A stretch of DNA of 45,793 bases from an uncultured delta proteobacterium (GTDB lineage: Bacteria; Desulfobacterota; Binatia; Bin18). The position numbers were made by a program, and so were the translations under genes. Location of the stretch: assembly GCA_963733195.1 (NCBI GenBank), contig CAVTCR010000027.1, positions 1 to 45,793 of the forward strand, in the 5' to 3' direction. Positions within the stretch are counted from its first letter, which is position 1; each line of letters begins with the position of its first letter. Below the pieces are notes generated by a model, which was given only the letters and a program-made list of their open reading frames with translations, was not told the DNA's origin and searched no databases. Positions 31,237 to 40,161 of this stretch are shown piece after piece.

Positions 31237-32565
31237 TTATCGTCGTATCGCCGGACTTTCTACTGATAGACCTCTTGCACGCCAGGCCATGTACAACTCA
31301 AGGTTCACATAGTCGTCAGAACCTAGGGCAAAAGGTTCCGCACGGATGGAAGTATTACACCAGGCAAACATCCGGTGAGACGAACCTAGGGTCTGCCACA
31401 GTTGTCGATAGATGGGAAATCCATTGATCTGCCCTTGACTGATGACCTCACCGTGGAGTCGTTGCCCGTTGTGTAGGTCGTGGCAGTGTGCACAGGCGAG
31501 GTTCAGTTGCCCACGCCGCTGCATGTAGAACGTTCGTCCCGCTTGAAAGAATGGGCGGGCCGGGCCGTCAACCTGCACCTCCATCGGCAAACTTCGAGAT
31601 TGAAAACTGATGAACGTCGTGAGCGCTAATAATGACTCAGATTCATAGGCATAGGCTGAGGCTTTCATGTGCTGTTCGCGGCAGCGATTAATTTGCTGTT
31701 CAAGATTGATGAGCTTTTTACTCTGCGAGTCAAAGCGTGGATAACGAGAGCGTACGCCACGCATGCTTTCTGCACCGGCATGGCAACTTGCACAGGCTGT
31801 ATTGGCTGCACCGTCTGTCTTCGCCCACAACTCTCGGCCACGCTCTACCCACAACATACCAGGATTGGCAAACTCGTCGTTCTGAAGCTGTTGGTTTTCT
31901 TGCGACAGATAGGTGTAGCCTGAGCGCCGAGTTTCAACGACGTAGAGGGGTTGCTTTCGTCTGTGAGATCCTGTGTCCGATTGGGCTTCCGCTATCTGCT
32001 GAGCACTCTGCCCTTCTAAGGGTGGAGGTGTGTCTTTGAGTGTAAGTAAATACGCAATGACATCCTCAATTTCTTGCGCTGTAAGTAGTGTTTTGTTGCG
32101 ATACGGTGTAAGGACACGATAGAGCCCGCTGACTTTATAGTATGCCGGCATGACTGATTGTGGATTGATCCGTTGTGCATCAACCAAACGTAATCGTAAC
32201 GCTCCTGCCGAGTAGCGACTTCCTATCCCGTCAAGCGCTGGACCGACAGTTCCATGCATCTGACGGTCTGGGAGCGGTGCGGCGTGGCACACAAGACAGT
32301 CACCTCGCTCACGATCCATGAAGATATGTCTGCCGCGTTCAGCGTCACCAAGAGTGCTCGTGAGTGGCTCGGTAATGGCATCATTCGTGACTTGGTAGCG
32401 AGTTTGAGACTCTTCTACAGCTACCGCCTCGTCTAGGACAGCAATGTTCCATGGAAGTACTAAGATCAATAGATAGTAGATGCTCAGGAAGCACCAGTAG
32501 TGACTTCTTTGCTCTGGTCGGTGTGCGCCACGAGAGAAAATTACCTTAGGAGATCGCACGGTCAT
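31237..32565 (-). CDS. soxXA: Fused SoxX-SoxA triheme c-type cytochrome
   Basis: SoxX part: GDAERG...CLVCH...GTVGPAL...NPQSVMP. SoxA part: RRSGY...NPGMLWV..G..LW...CASCH, EQQINRCR, GQLNLACAHCH, FPIYR..WQ, C..IRAEP, LELY..WR..GL....P..RR. One uninterrupted ORF. Confidence 0.9.
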   Translation of the reverse strand: MTVRSPKVIFSRGAHRPEQRSHYWCFLSIYYLLILVLPWNIAVLDEAVAVEESQTRYQVTNDAITEPLTSTLGDAERGRHIFMDRERGDCLVCHAAPLPDRQMHGTVGPALDGIGSRYSAGALRLRLVDAQRINPQSVMPAYYKVSGLYRVLTPYRNKTLLTAQEIEDVIAYLLTLKDTPPPLEGQSAQQIAEAQSDTGSHRRKQPLYVVETRRSGYTYLSQENQQLQNDEFANPGMLWVERGRELWAKTDGAANTACASCHAGAESMRGVRSRYPRFDSQSKKLINLEQQINRCREQHMKASAYAYESESLLALTTFISFQSRSLPMEVQVDGPARPFFQAGRTFYMQRRGQLNLACAHCHDLHNGQRLHGEVISQGQINGFPIYRQLWQTLGSSHRMFAWCNTSIRAEPFALGSDDYVNLELYMAWRARGLSVESPAIRR

Positions 32566-33830
32566 GTAAAGGCATCTGCAGTGATATTGGCATACCAGGA
32601 ACGTGCATACGCTGCTTCACGGGCCCGAGTTTCGGCTGGGGCGTCTAGCGGACTAACTCCGTCGGTTCCTGGTATCGTCTCGATTACATCGTTGACGGCT
32701 CGATACACGCCCGTAATCGAAATGCCGTAATTTGGTGCGACGAGGCTATAGCACGTATTCATAAGCACAGGAGGTGCCACAGGCTCACTACGTAATAGCG
32801 AGGCGATCGCAGCCGCACATGCTTTCGCCTCAACACTAGCCCCGAAGGCTGACTTGGGTATGGGGTTTGTAATAGCGGCATCACCAATAATGTGAATGTC
32901 GTGATGTACAGTAGACTCAAAGGTACTCGCGCGCACCGGACACCACCCTTTCTTATCGTCAAGATCTACCACCCTTGCTATCAAGGCGGCCCGCTGCGGG
33001 GGAATGATATTTGCCACTGCCGGTTTGTATTCATCAAAGTCCGTCCGTACAATCCCTTCACGTATGTCAACCCGATTCGCCCGGCCTCCTTGCGAACCTG
33101 AGACCCATTCTAAGGTGGTAGGATACAGCTGCTTCCAAGCCGAGACAAAGAGTTCCTTTTTGGTAAACGTATCTTTGGCATCAAGAACCAGCACCTTCGA
33201 GCGGGGCTTATTTTTCTTGAGATAATACGCAATGAGACTAGCGCGTTCATAAGGACCTGGAGGACAACGGTATGGGTTCTCTGGTACGGTAATGACTACG
33301 AGTCCACCATCTGCCATTGTTTCAAGCTGACGGCGTAAGATCTCGGTTTGCGGACCAGCTTCCCACGCATGGGGAAACACAGTACTCGCCGTGGACGTGT
33401 ACCCTTCGATCGCTCCCCACTGAAGTTCAACACCAGGGCTAAGAACGAGGCGATCATAGGTGAGTTTCTTGCCATCACTTAACATGAGTTGATGCTTCAC
33501 TGGGTCAAGATCAGTGGCCGTGGCATATACCACGCGAACCCTGTAGCGCTGCCGAAGGGTATCGTAAGTATGAGTAAGGGAGGCTAATGACTGTTGGCCA
33601 GCCACTACAGCATTACTAAATGGGCACGTGATAAAACTACGTTGTGTCGTCACGAGTGTGATATCAAGTGAGGAATCTGCCCGGCGGAGATATTTCGCGC
33701 AGGTCGCACCACCAAAACCTCCACCAACCACCACTACTCGGCCTTTCGTCTCTGCTCGGCTCAGATCGGGATGAACACCGGCAGCCAGCAATCCACTCGC
33801 AAGGTGAAGAAACGAACGACGCGTCATCAT
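32562..33830 (-). CDS. fccB: Flavocytochrome c sulfide dehydrogenase flavoprotein (FccB/SoxF) with a Tat signal
   Basis: TRRSFL, VVVGGGFGGATCAKY, TCPFSN, PHAW, YRCPPGPYERA, IGDA, PKSA, NTCYSLV. Confidence 0.9.
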   Translation of the reverse strand: MMTRRSFLHLASGLLAAGVHPDLSRAETKGRVVVVGGGFGGATCAKYLRRADSSLDITLVTTQRSFITCPFSNAVVAGQQSLASLTHTYDTLRQRYRVRVVYATATDLDPVKHQLMLSDGKKLTYDRLVLSPGVELQWGAIEGYTSTASTVFPHAWEAGPQTEILRRQLETMADGGLVVITVPENPYRCPPGPYERASLIAYYLKKNKPRSKVLVLDAKDTFTKKELFVSAWKQLYPTTLEWVSGSQGGRANRVDIREGIVRTDFDEYKPAVANIIPPQRAALIARVVDLDDKKGWCPVRASTFESTVHHDIHIIGDAAITNPIPKSAFGASVEAKACAAAIASLLRSEPVAPPVLMNTCYSLVAPNYGISITGVYRAVNDVIETIPGTDGVSPLDAPAETRAREAAYARSWYANITADAFT

Positions 33831-33839
33831 CAGTGAGTC

Positions 33840-34187
33840 CTACGGCCGTTGTCTTTTCGTAAAATATGAAGCTATCGCGTCGATGTCTGCCTCATCTAGA
33901 CCTTGAGTCAAACGATTCATCACCGTTCCTGACCGTTCACCACTACGAAATGAGCGTAGAGAATCACGCAAGGCGTTCGCGGGCATCGTGTTTAATGGCG
34001 GAATTGCGCCCGTACTGTGACCTTCAGGGCCATGGCACGCAGCGCAGGCATTTGCTAAGGCGGTCCCTCGTTGTACGGTCTGATCTGATGCACTGGCGTC
34101 GAACATACTTCCGACAACCGATATTGTCATGCAGAGGAACCACAATAGAGGCAGCTTAACCCAAGTATGAGCCGTTTCGTCATTCAT
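33840..34187 (-). CDS. Monoheme cytochrome c (FccA/c4-like)
   Basis: Signal-like N-terminus, ACAACHGPEG, GTVMNR (Met ligand), IDAIASYF. Confidence 0.88.
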   Translation of the reverse strand: MNDETAHTWVKLPLLWFLCMTISVVGSMFDASASDQTVQRGTALANACAACHGPEGHSTGAIPPLNTMPANALRDSLRSFRSGERSGTVMNRLTQGLDEADIDAIASYFTKRQRP

Positions 34188-34507
34188 GGCAGCACGGTAA
34201 TCGCAATCCGTTCTACCTCACTCTGTCCTGTGTCGTCAGCCCACGAAATTTCTAACTCACCCGACTGTGTCGCTGTGGTAAAAAAAGACAGATACGGGTT
34301 AGCGGAGATACCCGGAAACAGTTCGGCTCGAAAGACCTCAATGCTATTGTAGCGGCAGGTGAGTAGATTAATGGTGTTCTGCGGGATCGCCTTGCCGACT
34401 TCATCATGGCGGAGTCCCGTCTCCATAGGATGGCGAATAAGAAGACGCACTTCAAAGATTTGCCCGTGCTTAATCTCTGTCGGAACCTGAATCCTCGCAT
34501 TTGCCAT
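34184..34507 (-). CDS. soxZ: Sulfur carrier subunit SoxZ
   Basis: VRLLIRHPMETGLR, ISANPYLSF, SGELEISWADD. Confidence 0.92.
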   Translation of the reverse strand: MANARIQVPTEIKHGQIFEVRLLIRHPMETGLRHDEVGKAIPQNTINLLTCRYNSIEVFRAELFPGISANPYLSFFTTATQSGELEISWADDTGQSEVERIAITVLP

Positions 34508-34560
34508 GATTTTTTTTACGAATCACACACGACACATTTCGTATGCGCATTCTGTCATTA

Positions 34561-35040
34561 TTATTCGTCAATACACGCAGCTGTTGTGACCACAACTTCC
34601 GTGGACCCAAGCCATGCAGAATTGTTATTCATCACTGCAAGTGCAACTACGTGTTGAGTCCCAGCAAGACGAATACGGGTGTTGATCTCGGCTTTGCCAG
34701 ACTGAGGTCCGAGGTGAAAACGGGCAATAACTGGTCGCGGATTCCTTTCTGAGAAAACATGAACACTTTTCACGTAATTCTCCGTGGTCATCGGACTCTC
34801 TATCTGTAATTTCAACGGGACCGAGTTACCGCTCTCGGCAAGAGGAGGAAGCGTCAGTTTCACCTTCCCTACTGTCGGGGTGATTCCCCCAGTGACCTCG
34901 TCAATGAGTGGCTGCAAACGTGGCGGAACTTGGGCTGCAACACTTTCGCTCCTTGCTGCTGGGAAGAGAAGCATGGCGGCAAGTGTCCTAAGCACTTGCC
35001 GCCGCGATAGTGCAAATTGTGACATCGATATCTCTCGCAC
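34561..35040 (-). CDS. soxY: SoxY-like sulfur carrier with a Tat signal and a non-canonical C-terminus
   Basis: LSRRQVL, LPPLAESGNSVP, ERNPRP, TRIRLAGTQ.V.A; ends VVVTTAACIDE. Confidence 0.88.
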   Translation of the reverse strand: MREISMSQFALSRRQVLRTLAAMLLFPAARSESVAAQVPPRLQPLIDEVTGGITPTVGKVKLTLPPLAESGNSVPLKLQIESPMTTENYVKSVHVFSERNPRPVIARFHLGPQSGKAEINTRIRLAGTQHVVALAVMNNNSAWLGSTEVVVTTAACIDE

Positions 35041-35046
35041 GGGATG

Positions 35047-37224
35047 CTATGCTTTTCGCAAATCATGATGCTTCAACGGCAATGAACGAATCCGTTTGCC
35101 AGTTGCGGCGTAGATAGCGTTACAAATTGCTGGGGCCAGTGGTGCGAGTGGCGGCTCACCAGCCCCACCCCAGAATCCACCTGTTGGTGCGAGTACCACT
35201 TCGACCTTTGGCATCTCGGCAATGCGCATCATGGGATAATCATGAAAATTGGACTGCTCGACTCTCCCGTCCTTTATTGTGATCTCGCCATACAAAATGG
35301 CTGTCAACCCATAGACGACGCAACCTTCGACTTGAGCACGAACAGAATCAGGATTCACGACATATCCACTATCAAGGCCAATAATCAGGCGATGGATCTT
35401 GAGTTCACCCTTGTCACTCACAGAGACTTCAGCGACCGCTGCGGTGTAACTTCCATAAGCATCTTGGACGGCAATGCCGCGATGCACCCCTGCGGGTAGA
35501 GATTTCTCCCAATTGGCGGCTTTGGCCACGGCATCAAGGATACCCAGATCACGTGTTGCTTTGACAAGGAGTTTGCGGCGGAATTGATACGGATCTTTTC
35601 CTGCAGCGACCGCGAGTTCGTCAATGAAGCACTCACGGAAGAACGGATTATGGGTATGCGCAACCGCTCGCCACGGACCCGGTGGTACGTGAGTGTTGCG
35701 CATCGCATACTCCATGCGAATGTTCGGAAATGCATATGGCGCATCAGAGAACGTTCTCACCCCAATGCTATCAATGCCATTCTTCACCATTTCAGGTCTT
35801 ACACTATTGAAAATCGATTGATCTGCTTGGCGAACATACCACGCTGTTGGTTCATTCGCCGCATCAAGCGCGGCTCGCATCCGTACCAATGCTACAGGTC
35901 GATAGTGTCCGTGCTGAATATCTTCTTCCCGCGACCAGATCAATTTCACAGGCTTTCCTGGAAGCGCCTTAGCGATGGTGACAGCTTGCCGAACATAATC
36001 GAGGACCAGGCCACGCCGGCCAAAGCCACCGCCAATGTGGACCTTATGTACTTCAACATTGCTCAAAGGAATTTCCGTGATCTCAGCAGCCAACGCTGCG
36101 GTTGCTTCGCTATTCTGCGAAGGAGCCCAGACTTCAACACGGCCATCGTGGATATAGGCCGTACAATTCTGCGGCTCCATAGTTGCGTGTTCTAGATATG
36201 GTGCGTAGTACTCAGCCTCGACGACTTTAGCAGCTCCAGCAAAGGCTTTGTCTATGTCCCCTTCTTGGCGTGAGACTGGAGCATCTTTTACTGTGATACC
36301 TTCACGGAGGAACTCCATAATACTAGCGCTGCTGACTTTCGCGTTGTCGCCAAAGTTCCATTCAATTGGCAGTTCTCGCAACGCTTGTTGTGCGTGCCAC
36401 CAACTTCCTTCAGCAACGACGGCAACGGCGCTTTCCATCGGTACCACTTTAACTACACCAGGCTTGCTAGAGATTTTGTCAGCGTCGGCATTTTTGAGGG
36501 TGCCACCAAATACCGGGCATTGCGCGATCGCGGCATAGACCATGCCTGGGAGTTTCGTATCAATGGCAAAAGCCGTCTTGCCCGTGACTTTGTCCGGGAT
36601 GTCAAAGCGTTTGACGGGTTGTCCGATCAGCTTCCACTCCCTAGGATCTCTGAGGACGACATCAGTAGGAATATCGAGCTTGGCGGCATCAGCAGCGACC
36701 GCACCATACTTCACCTGTCGTTTGCTCGATGTGTGGGTAACAACTCCGTGGGCTGCTGTACATTCTGCTGGCAGAACTCCCCACTTGTTGGCAGCTGCAG
36801 TGACCAACATCGTCCGTGCGGCAGCCCCAGCTTGGCGCAGATACTCGTGGCTATCACGGATCGATCTGCTGCCGCCGGTTAACATTTCTTTGAAGACACG
36901 GTTGCGGCGTAAGTGTTCGCTGGTGGAGGCATATTCAGCGCGGACCTGCTTCCAATCACACTCCAACTCTTCGGCAATCAACATCGGGAGGCCAGTAAAA
37001 CTACCCTGCCCCATTTCTGTCCGCGCGACACGAATCAGAATAGTGTCATCTGGATTGACGAGTACCCAGGCTGTGACTTCCGGTCCGACGCTGGACGCAG
37101 CTGCTTTCTGCTGTTTTTTAGCGAGAACCGTTTGGGGGAGGCAGACACCGATCATAAGGCCGCCGCCCACCGTGGCACTCCGCACTAGAAAAGCTCGGCG
37201 TGAAAGATGCTGAGACGCTGGCAT
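35047..37224 (-). CDS. Molybdo-hydroxylase large subunit (isoquinoline 1-oxidoreductase beta/IorB-like) with a Tat signal
   Basis: LSRRAFLV, RTEMGQG...IAEEL, TGGSRS, HATMEPQNC, GGGFGRR, WRAV, VNPD...AQ.EG, QSNFHDY, GGAGEP. Confidence 0.93.
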   Translation of the reverse strand: MPASQHLSRRAFLVRSATVGGGLMIGVCLPQTVLAKKQQKAAASSVGPEVTAWVLVNPDDTILIRVARTEMGQGSFTGLPMLIAEELECDWKQVRAEYASTSEHLRRNRVFKEMLTGGSRSIRDSHEYLRQAGAAARTMLVTAAANKWGVLPAECTAAHGVVTHTSSKRQVKYGAVAADAAKLDIPTDVVLRDPREWKLIGQPVKRFDIPDKVTGKTAFAIDTKLPGMVYAAIAQCPVFGGTLKNADADKISSKPGVVKVVPMESAVAVVAEGSWWHAQQALRELPIEWNFGDNAKVSSASIMEFLREGITVKDAPVSRQEGDIDKAFAGAAKVVEAEYYAPYLEHATMEPQNCTAYIHDGRVEVWAPSQNSEATAALAAEITEIPLSNVEVHKVHIGGGFGRRGLVLDYVRQAVTIAKALPGKPVKLIWSREEDIQHGHYRPVALVRMRAALDAANEPTAWYVRQADQSIFNSVRPEMVKNGIDSIGVRTFSDAPYAFPNIRMEYAMRNTHVPPGPWRAVAHTHNPFFRECFIDELAVAAGKDPYQFRRKLLVKATRDLGILDAVAKAANWEKSLPAGVHRGIAVQDAYGSYTAAVAEVSVSDKGELKIHRLIIGLDSGYVVNPDSVRAQVEGCVVYGLTAILYGEITIKDGRVEQSNFHDYPMMRIAEMPKVEVVLAPTGGFWGGAGEPPLAPLAPAICNAIYAATGKRIRSLPLKHHDLRKA

Positions 37225-37320
37225 AATAGCTCTCCTTAAAAACTCCCCTGTTCACACTACACAAACCGCAGTCCGTAGTGCGTCAGGAATAAACACGTTT
37301 TATGGAATACGCATCACGAT

Positions 37321-37770
37321 TCACGCACTCTTCGCCGCGGCATGGATCGCTTTGCGTATGCGAGCATAGGTTCCACAACGACAGATGTTGGTCACCTCGG
37401 CGTCGATGTCTGCGTCGGTAGGCTGAGGTTTCTTCTTGAGGAGTGCAGCAGCAGCCATAACCATACCTGGCTGACAATAGCCGCATTGCGGAACTTGCTC
37501 AGCAACCCAAGCTTTCTGCACGGGATGATCGCCATTGGGAGAAAGGCCCTCGATGGTGAGGACTTTCTTTCCTACGGCAGCTGATGCTGGCAAGACGCAG
37601 GAGCGTACGGCTTCACCATCCAGATGCACCGTACAGGATCCACACAGCGCCATGCCACATCCATACTTCGCACCGGTGAGACCAATGGCGTCTCGCAAAA
37701 CCCACAGAAGAGGCATCTCTGGGTTGACATCCACAGAGTGTGATTTGCCATTAACCATAAGCTCGATCAT
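37321..37770 (-). CDS. Molybdo-hydroxylase 2Fe-2S subunit (IorA-like)
   Basis: [41 protein letters not shown]. Confidence 0.94.
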   Translation of the reverse strand: MIELMVNGKSHSVDVNPEMPLLWVLRDAIGLTGAKYGCGMALCGSCTVHLDGEAVRSCVLPASAAVGKKVLTIEGLSPNGDHPVQKAWVAEQVPQCGYCQPGMVMAAAALLKKKPQPTDADIDAEVTNICRCGTYARIRKAIHAAAKSA

Positions 37771-37900
37771 TGTTCCCCCTTCTTTATTTTCTGTAACGTT
37801 GTTCGTCTTCAGATCTGGGACTCAGCGGATAGTACGGAACTATTCCTGCCTAACCTAGAACAGGCACGCAATCAAGAACGGGACAAGTGCGAGTCTACTC

Positions 37901-38956
37901 TTACAACCCTCGCACCGCGGGCAATACGTCCTGCGCGAAACGACGCATACTACTGAGCACCTCTCTGTGAGGGACGAGGCCGCCAGGATTAAACCAACAG
38001 ATCAATTGATTCATCTCACACAGTCTATGTGCTTCAGTGATCTTGCGGATGCAGGTGTCCGGCGAACCATAGATTCCCATCGTTTGATCGATATCGTCCC
38101 ACGTCACTGTGTCGAATCGCTGTCGCACTTCACGTAAATACGTATAGGAAGCTCCTTGCTCTCGTTGTCCCAGTTTTGCTTGATGGCTGACAGTGCGGAA
38201 GTAGTGCATGGTACTGTCTTCGACTGCATGTCGAGCGTGTTCGCCGCTATCTGTGACAAAGAACTTGAACGCGACGGCCACATCCTCTTGGGCAGTCTGA
38301 TGTCCAGTATTCTTGAAGGCATCGCGATAGATCGCGATATGACGCGGAAGTTCAGGGAATGGATGAATGGTAGCAGCGACAAGAACAGGGTATGCGTGTG
38401 TGCCAGCGAAAGCTGCAGTTTCAGGGCTATTGGCAGCGATACGAAGCGGAGGATGTGGTTTCTGCAGCGGTTTTGGTGCGATTGCGGTTTCTGGTACGTG
38501 AAAGTACTTCCCAGTGAAGTGAAAAGTGTTTTGCGTCCATGCGTTAGTAATGATTGTTAACGCTTCCTCGAACCTCTCACGACTGTCATCTCGCGAGACG
38601 TTAAACCCTTGGAAATGCAGCGCGATAGTTCCGCGACCTATACCGAATTCCAAGCGGCCATTCGTAAGGATGTCGACAGTAGCCGCATCTTCAGCAGCGC
38701 GTAGCGGGTGTTGCAAAGATAATAATGCGACCGCCGTACCAAGACGAATACGCTTTGTGTGTTGAGCAACCGCAGTGGCTACAAGCATGGGGGCAGGCAT
38801 GATCGAGAACGGACGATTAAAGTGCAGTTCCGCCAACCAGGCAACGTCAAATCCGAGTTCGTCAGCATAGACGATCTGCTCGATTGTTTCGTGATAGCGA
38901 GTGACTTCATCTTGTTCAGGTCCGCATGGGAGTTGGTAAAAGAGCCCGAATTTCAT
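37901..38956 (-). CDS. Luciferase-like monooxygenase (LLM) family
   Basis: MKFGLF, LGFDVAWLAELHF, IRLGTAV, AEDAATVDIL..GRLEFGIGRG, PKPLQKPHPP. Confidence 0.92.
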   Translation of the reverse strand: MKFGLFYQLPCGPEQDEVTRYHETIEQIVYADELGFDVAWLAELHFNRPFSIMPAPMLVATAVAQHTKRIRLGTAVALLSLQHPLRAAEDAATVDILTNGRLEFGIGRGTIALHFQGFNVSRDDSRERFEEALTIITNAWTQNTFHFTGKYFHVPETAIAPKPLQKPHPPLRIAANSPETAAFAGTHAYPVLVAATIHPFPELPRHIAIYRDAFKNTGHQTAQEDVAVAFKFFVTDSGEHARHAVEDSTMHYFRTVSHQAKLGQREQGASYTYLREVRQRFDTVTWDDIDQTMGIYGSPDTCIRKITEAHRLCEMNQLICWFNPGGLVPHREVLSSMRRFAQDVLPAVRGL

Positions 38957-39281
38957 CGCCCCTCCTTAGAATAATGACACGCGTTCGACCACGTCGTTGG
39001 CACATTTCGTCCACGCACCACGATGGAATAGTCCTCTACTGACAGCAGGTCGTCAACGAGGGTTGAAAGATAATGGTTTGCGAGGAACAAAACACGAAGG
39101 TTTGGATTGAGTTAGCTGTAAAGATGAGCAAGGGTTCCCGACTTCATCGGTCGGAAATTTTCTCTCGGCCGGCAAATCGCAAAACTAGGAAAGTAAGGTG
39201 AAGTTTTTCGCATTTCTGCTAAAGAGCGAGCGCTCCTGTTCGCTCCTCAGCACTCCATCTCGATTTTCTCTCTGCCTCTTT

Positions 39282-39297
39282 GGGCACGCGTTTTGCT
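39282..39297 (+). promoter_or_regulatory. Sigma-54 (-24/-12) promoter
   Basis: GGGCACGCGTTTTGCT fits GGCACG-N4-TTGCW with exact GG-N10-GC spacing. Confidence 0.7.
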
Positions 39298-39324
39298 TAT
39301 AATCTGCTCTATAAGGAGGTTTCT

Positions 39325-39432
39325 ATGAGATCATGCACTACGCATTCAGACATAATGAGCGGATCCAGAACAAAAGATGCGAGCGGGGTTTCGGCTTCTG
39401 TTGCGACGTATAACTGTTGGCGAAATCTCTGA
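39325..39432 (+). CDS. 35-aa small ORF (or decayed gene start)
   Basis: AAGGAGGT at 39313-39320; MRSCTTHSDIMSGSRTKDASGVSASVATYNCWRNL*. Confidence 0.45.
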   Translation: MRSCTTHSDIMSGSRTKDASGVSASVATYNCWRNL

Positions 39433-39505
39433 CATCAGACAGTTGCTACCGATAGTTCTGTGAAAATTGTGGCCTGAACAATTGTGACGAGAGAAAGAGC
39501 TGACC

Positions 39506-40021
39506 ATGACATCGTACCGATTACTCGAACAACTCCTCAAAATGGAACAGCGCGTTCGTCAGGTCTATGTTGTCTTGAGTCAACATCAACAATTCCCTGC
39601 TGAACTTCGTACCTTGTGGAGCGTGATGGCAGAGGATGAAACGCACCATATTATCGCCTTGGAGCGATCGGCTCATCTGTTGAGTGTTATGGACTTCCCT
39701 CCGTCGATCGTAGAGAACGTGCTCGCCAACGTAGAGACGATAATAACGACCGCCGAAGCCAGCGTTCAACAACCGAGCCTGACCAGCGACGAGGCGTTCC
39801 ATCAAGCATTGCTGATTGAAGGTTCGGAATTGAACCATATCAATGCAGCATGGATGCACGGCTTCCGTTCGACCACGAGATTACTACTGGAGACGTTCGT
39901 GCCCGAAGCACACCAACACGTTCGACGTCTGATCGAAGCAGCGCATCGTTTCAGCACTGACGCAACCGTGCATGCAGAAGCCAATACTCTGTGTTCGCAA
40001 TACGAGAAAGCTCGTGAGTAA
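39506..40021 (+). CDS. Hypothetical ferritin/rubrerythrin-like helical protein
   Basis: LLKMEQRVRQVY...LWSVMAEDETHH...ALLIEGSE...EAHQH: E / ExxH / E / H spacing of four-helix di-metal bundles. Confidence 0.6.
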   Translation: MTSYRLLEQLLKMEQRVRQVYVVLSQHQQFPAELRTLWSVMAEDETHHIIALERSAHLLSVMDFPPSIVENVLANVETIITTAEASVQQPSLTSDEAFHQALLIEGSELNHINAAWMHGFRSTTRLLLETFVPEAHQHVRRLIEAAHRFSTDATVHAEANTLCSQYEKARE

Positions 40022-40161
40022 CGTGCCGGTCGAACGCTGGGCTCTCTCGCTGCTATGGCCCTCAAATTGGGCCAAAGCGCCGAAAGTCCTCGGGTCGAAA
40101 ATCAAGTGGTTAAAGGATCCGACTAGCAAACCATTACGGACGACTCACAGGAGCAAAGCAA

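Noticed and set aside
31237-35040. Complete Sox thiosulfate-oxidation pathway
   Set aside because: soxB and soxCD are absent from the window, and the SoxY and SoxA motifs are non-canonical.
40015-40120. Possible third attC after the ferritin-like gene (TAAC at the stop, GGTTAAA ~70 nt later)
   Set aside because: No convincing L-box pairing and no similarity to the two attC-like repeats; only a short GGCCC/GGGCC hairpin.
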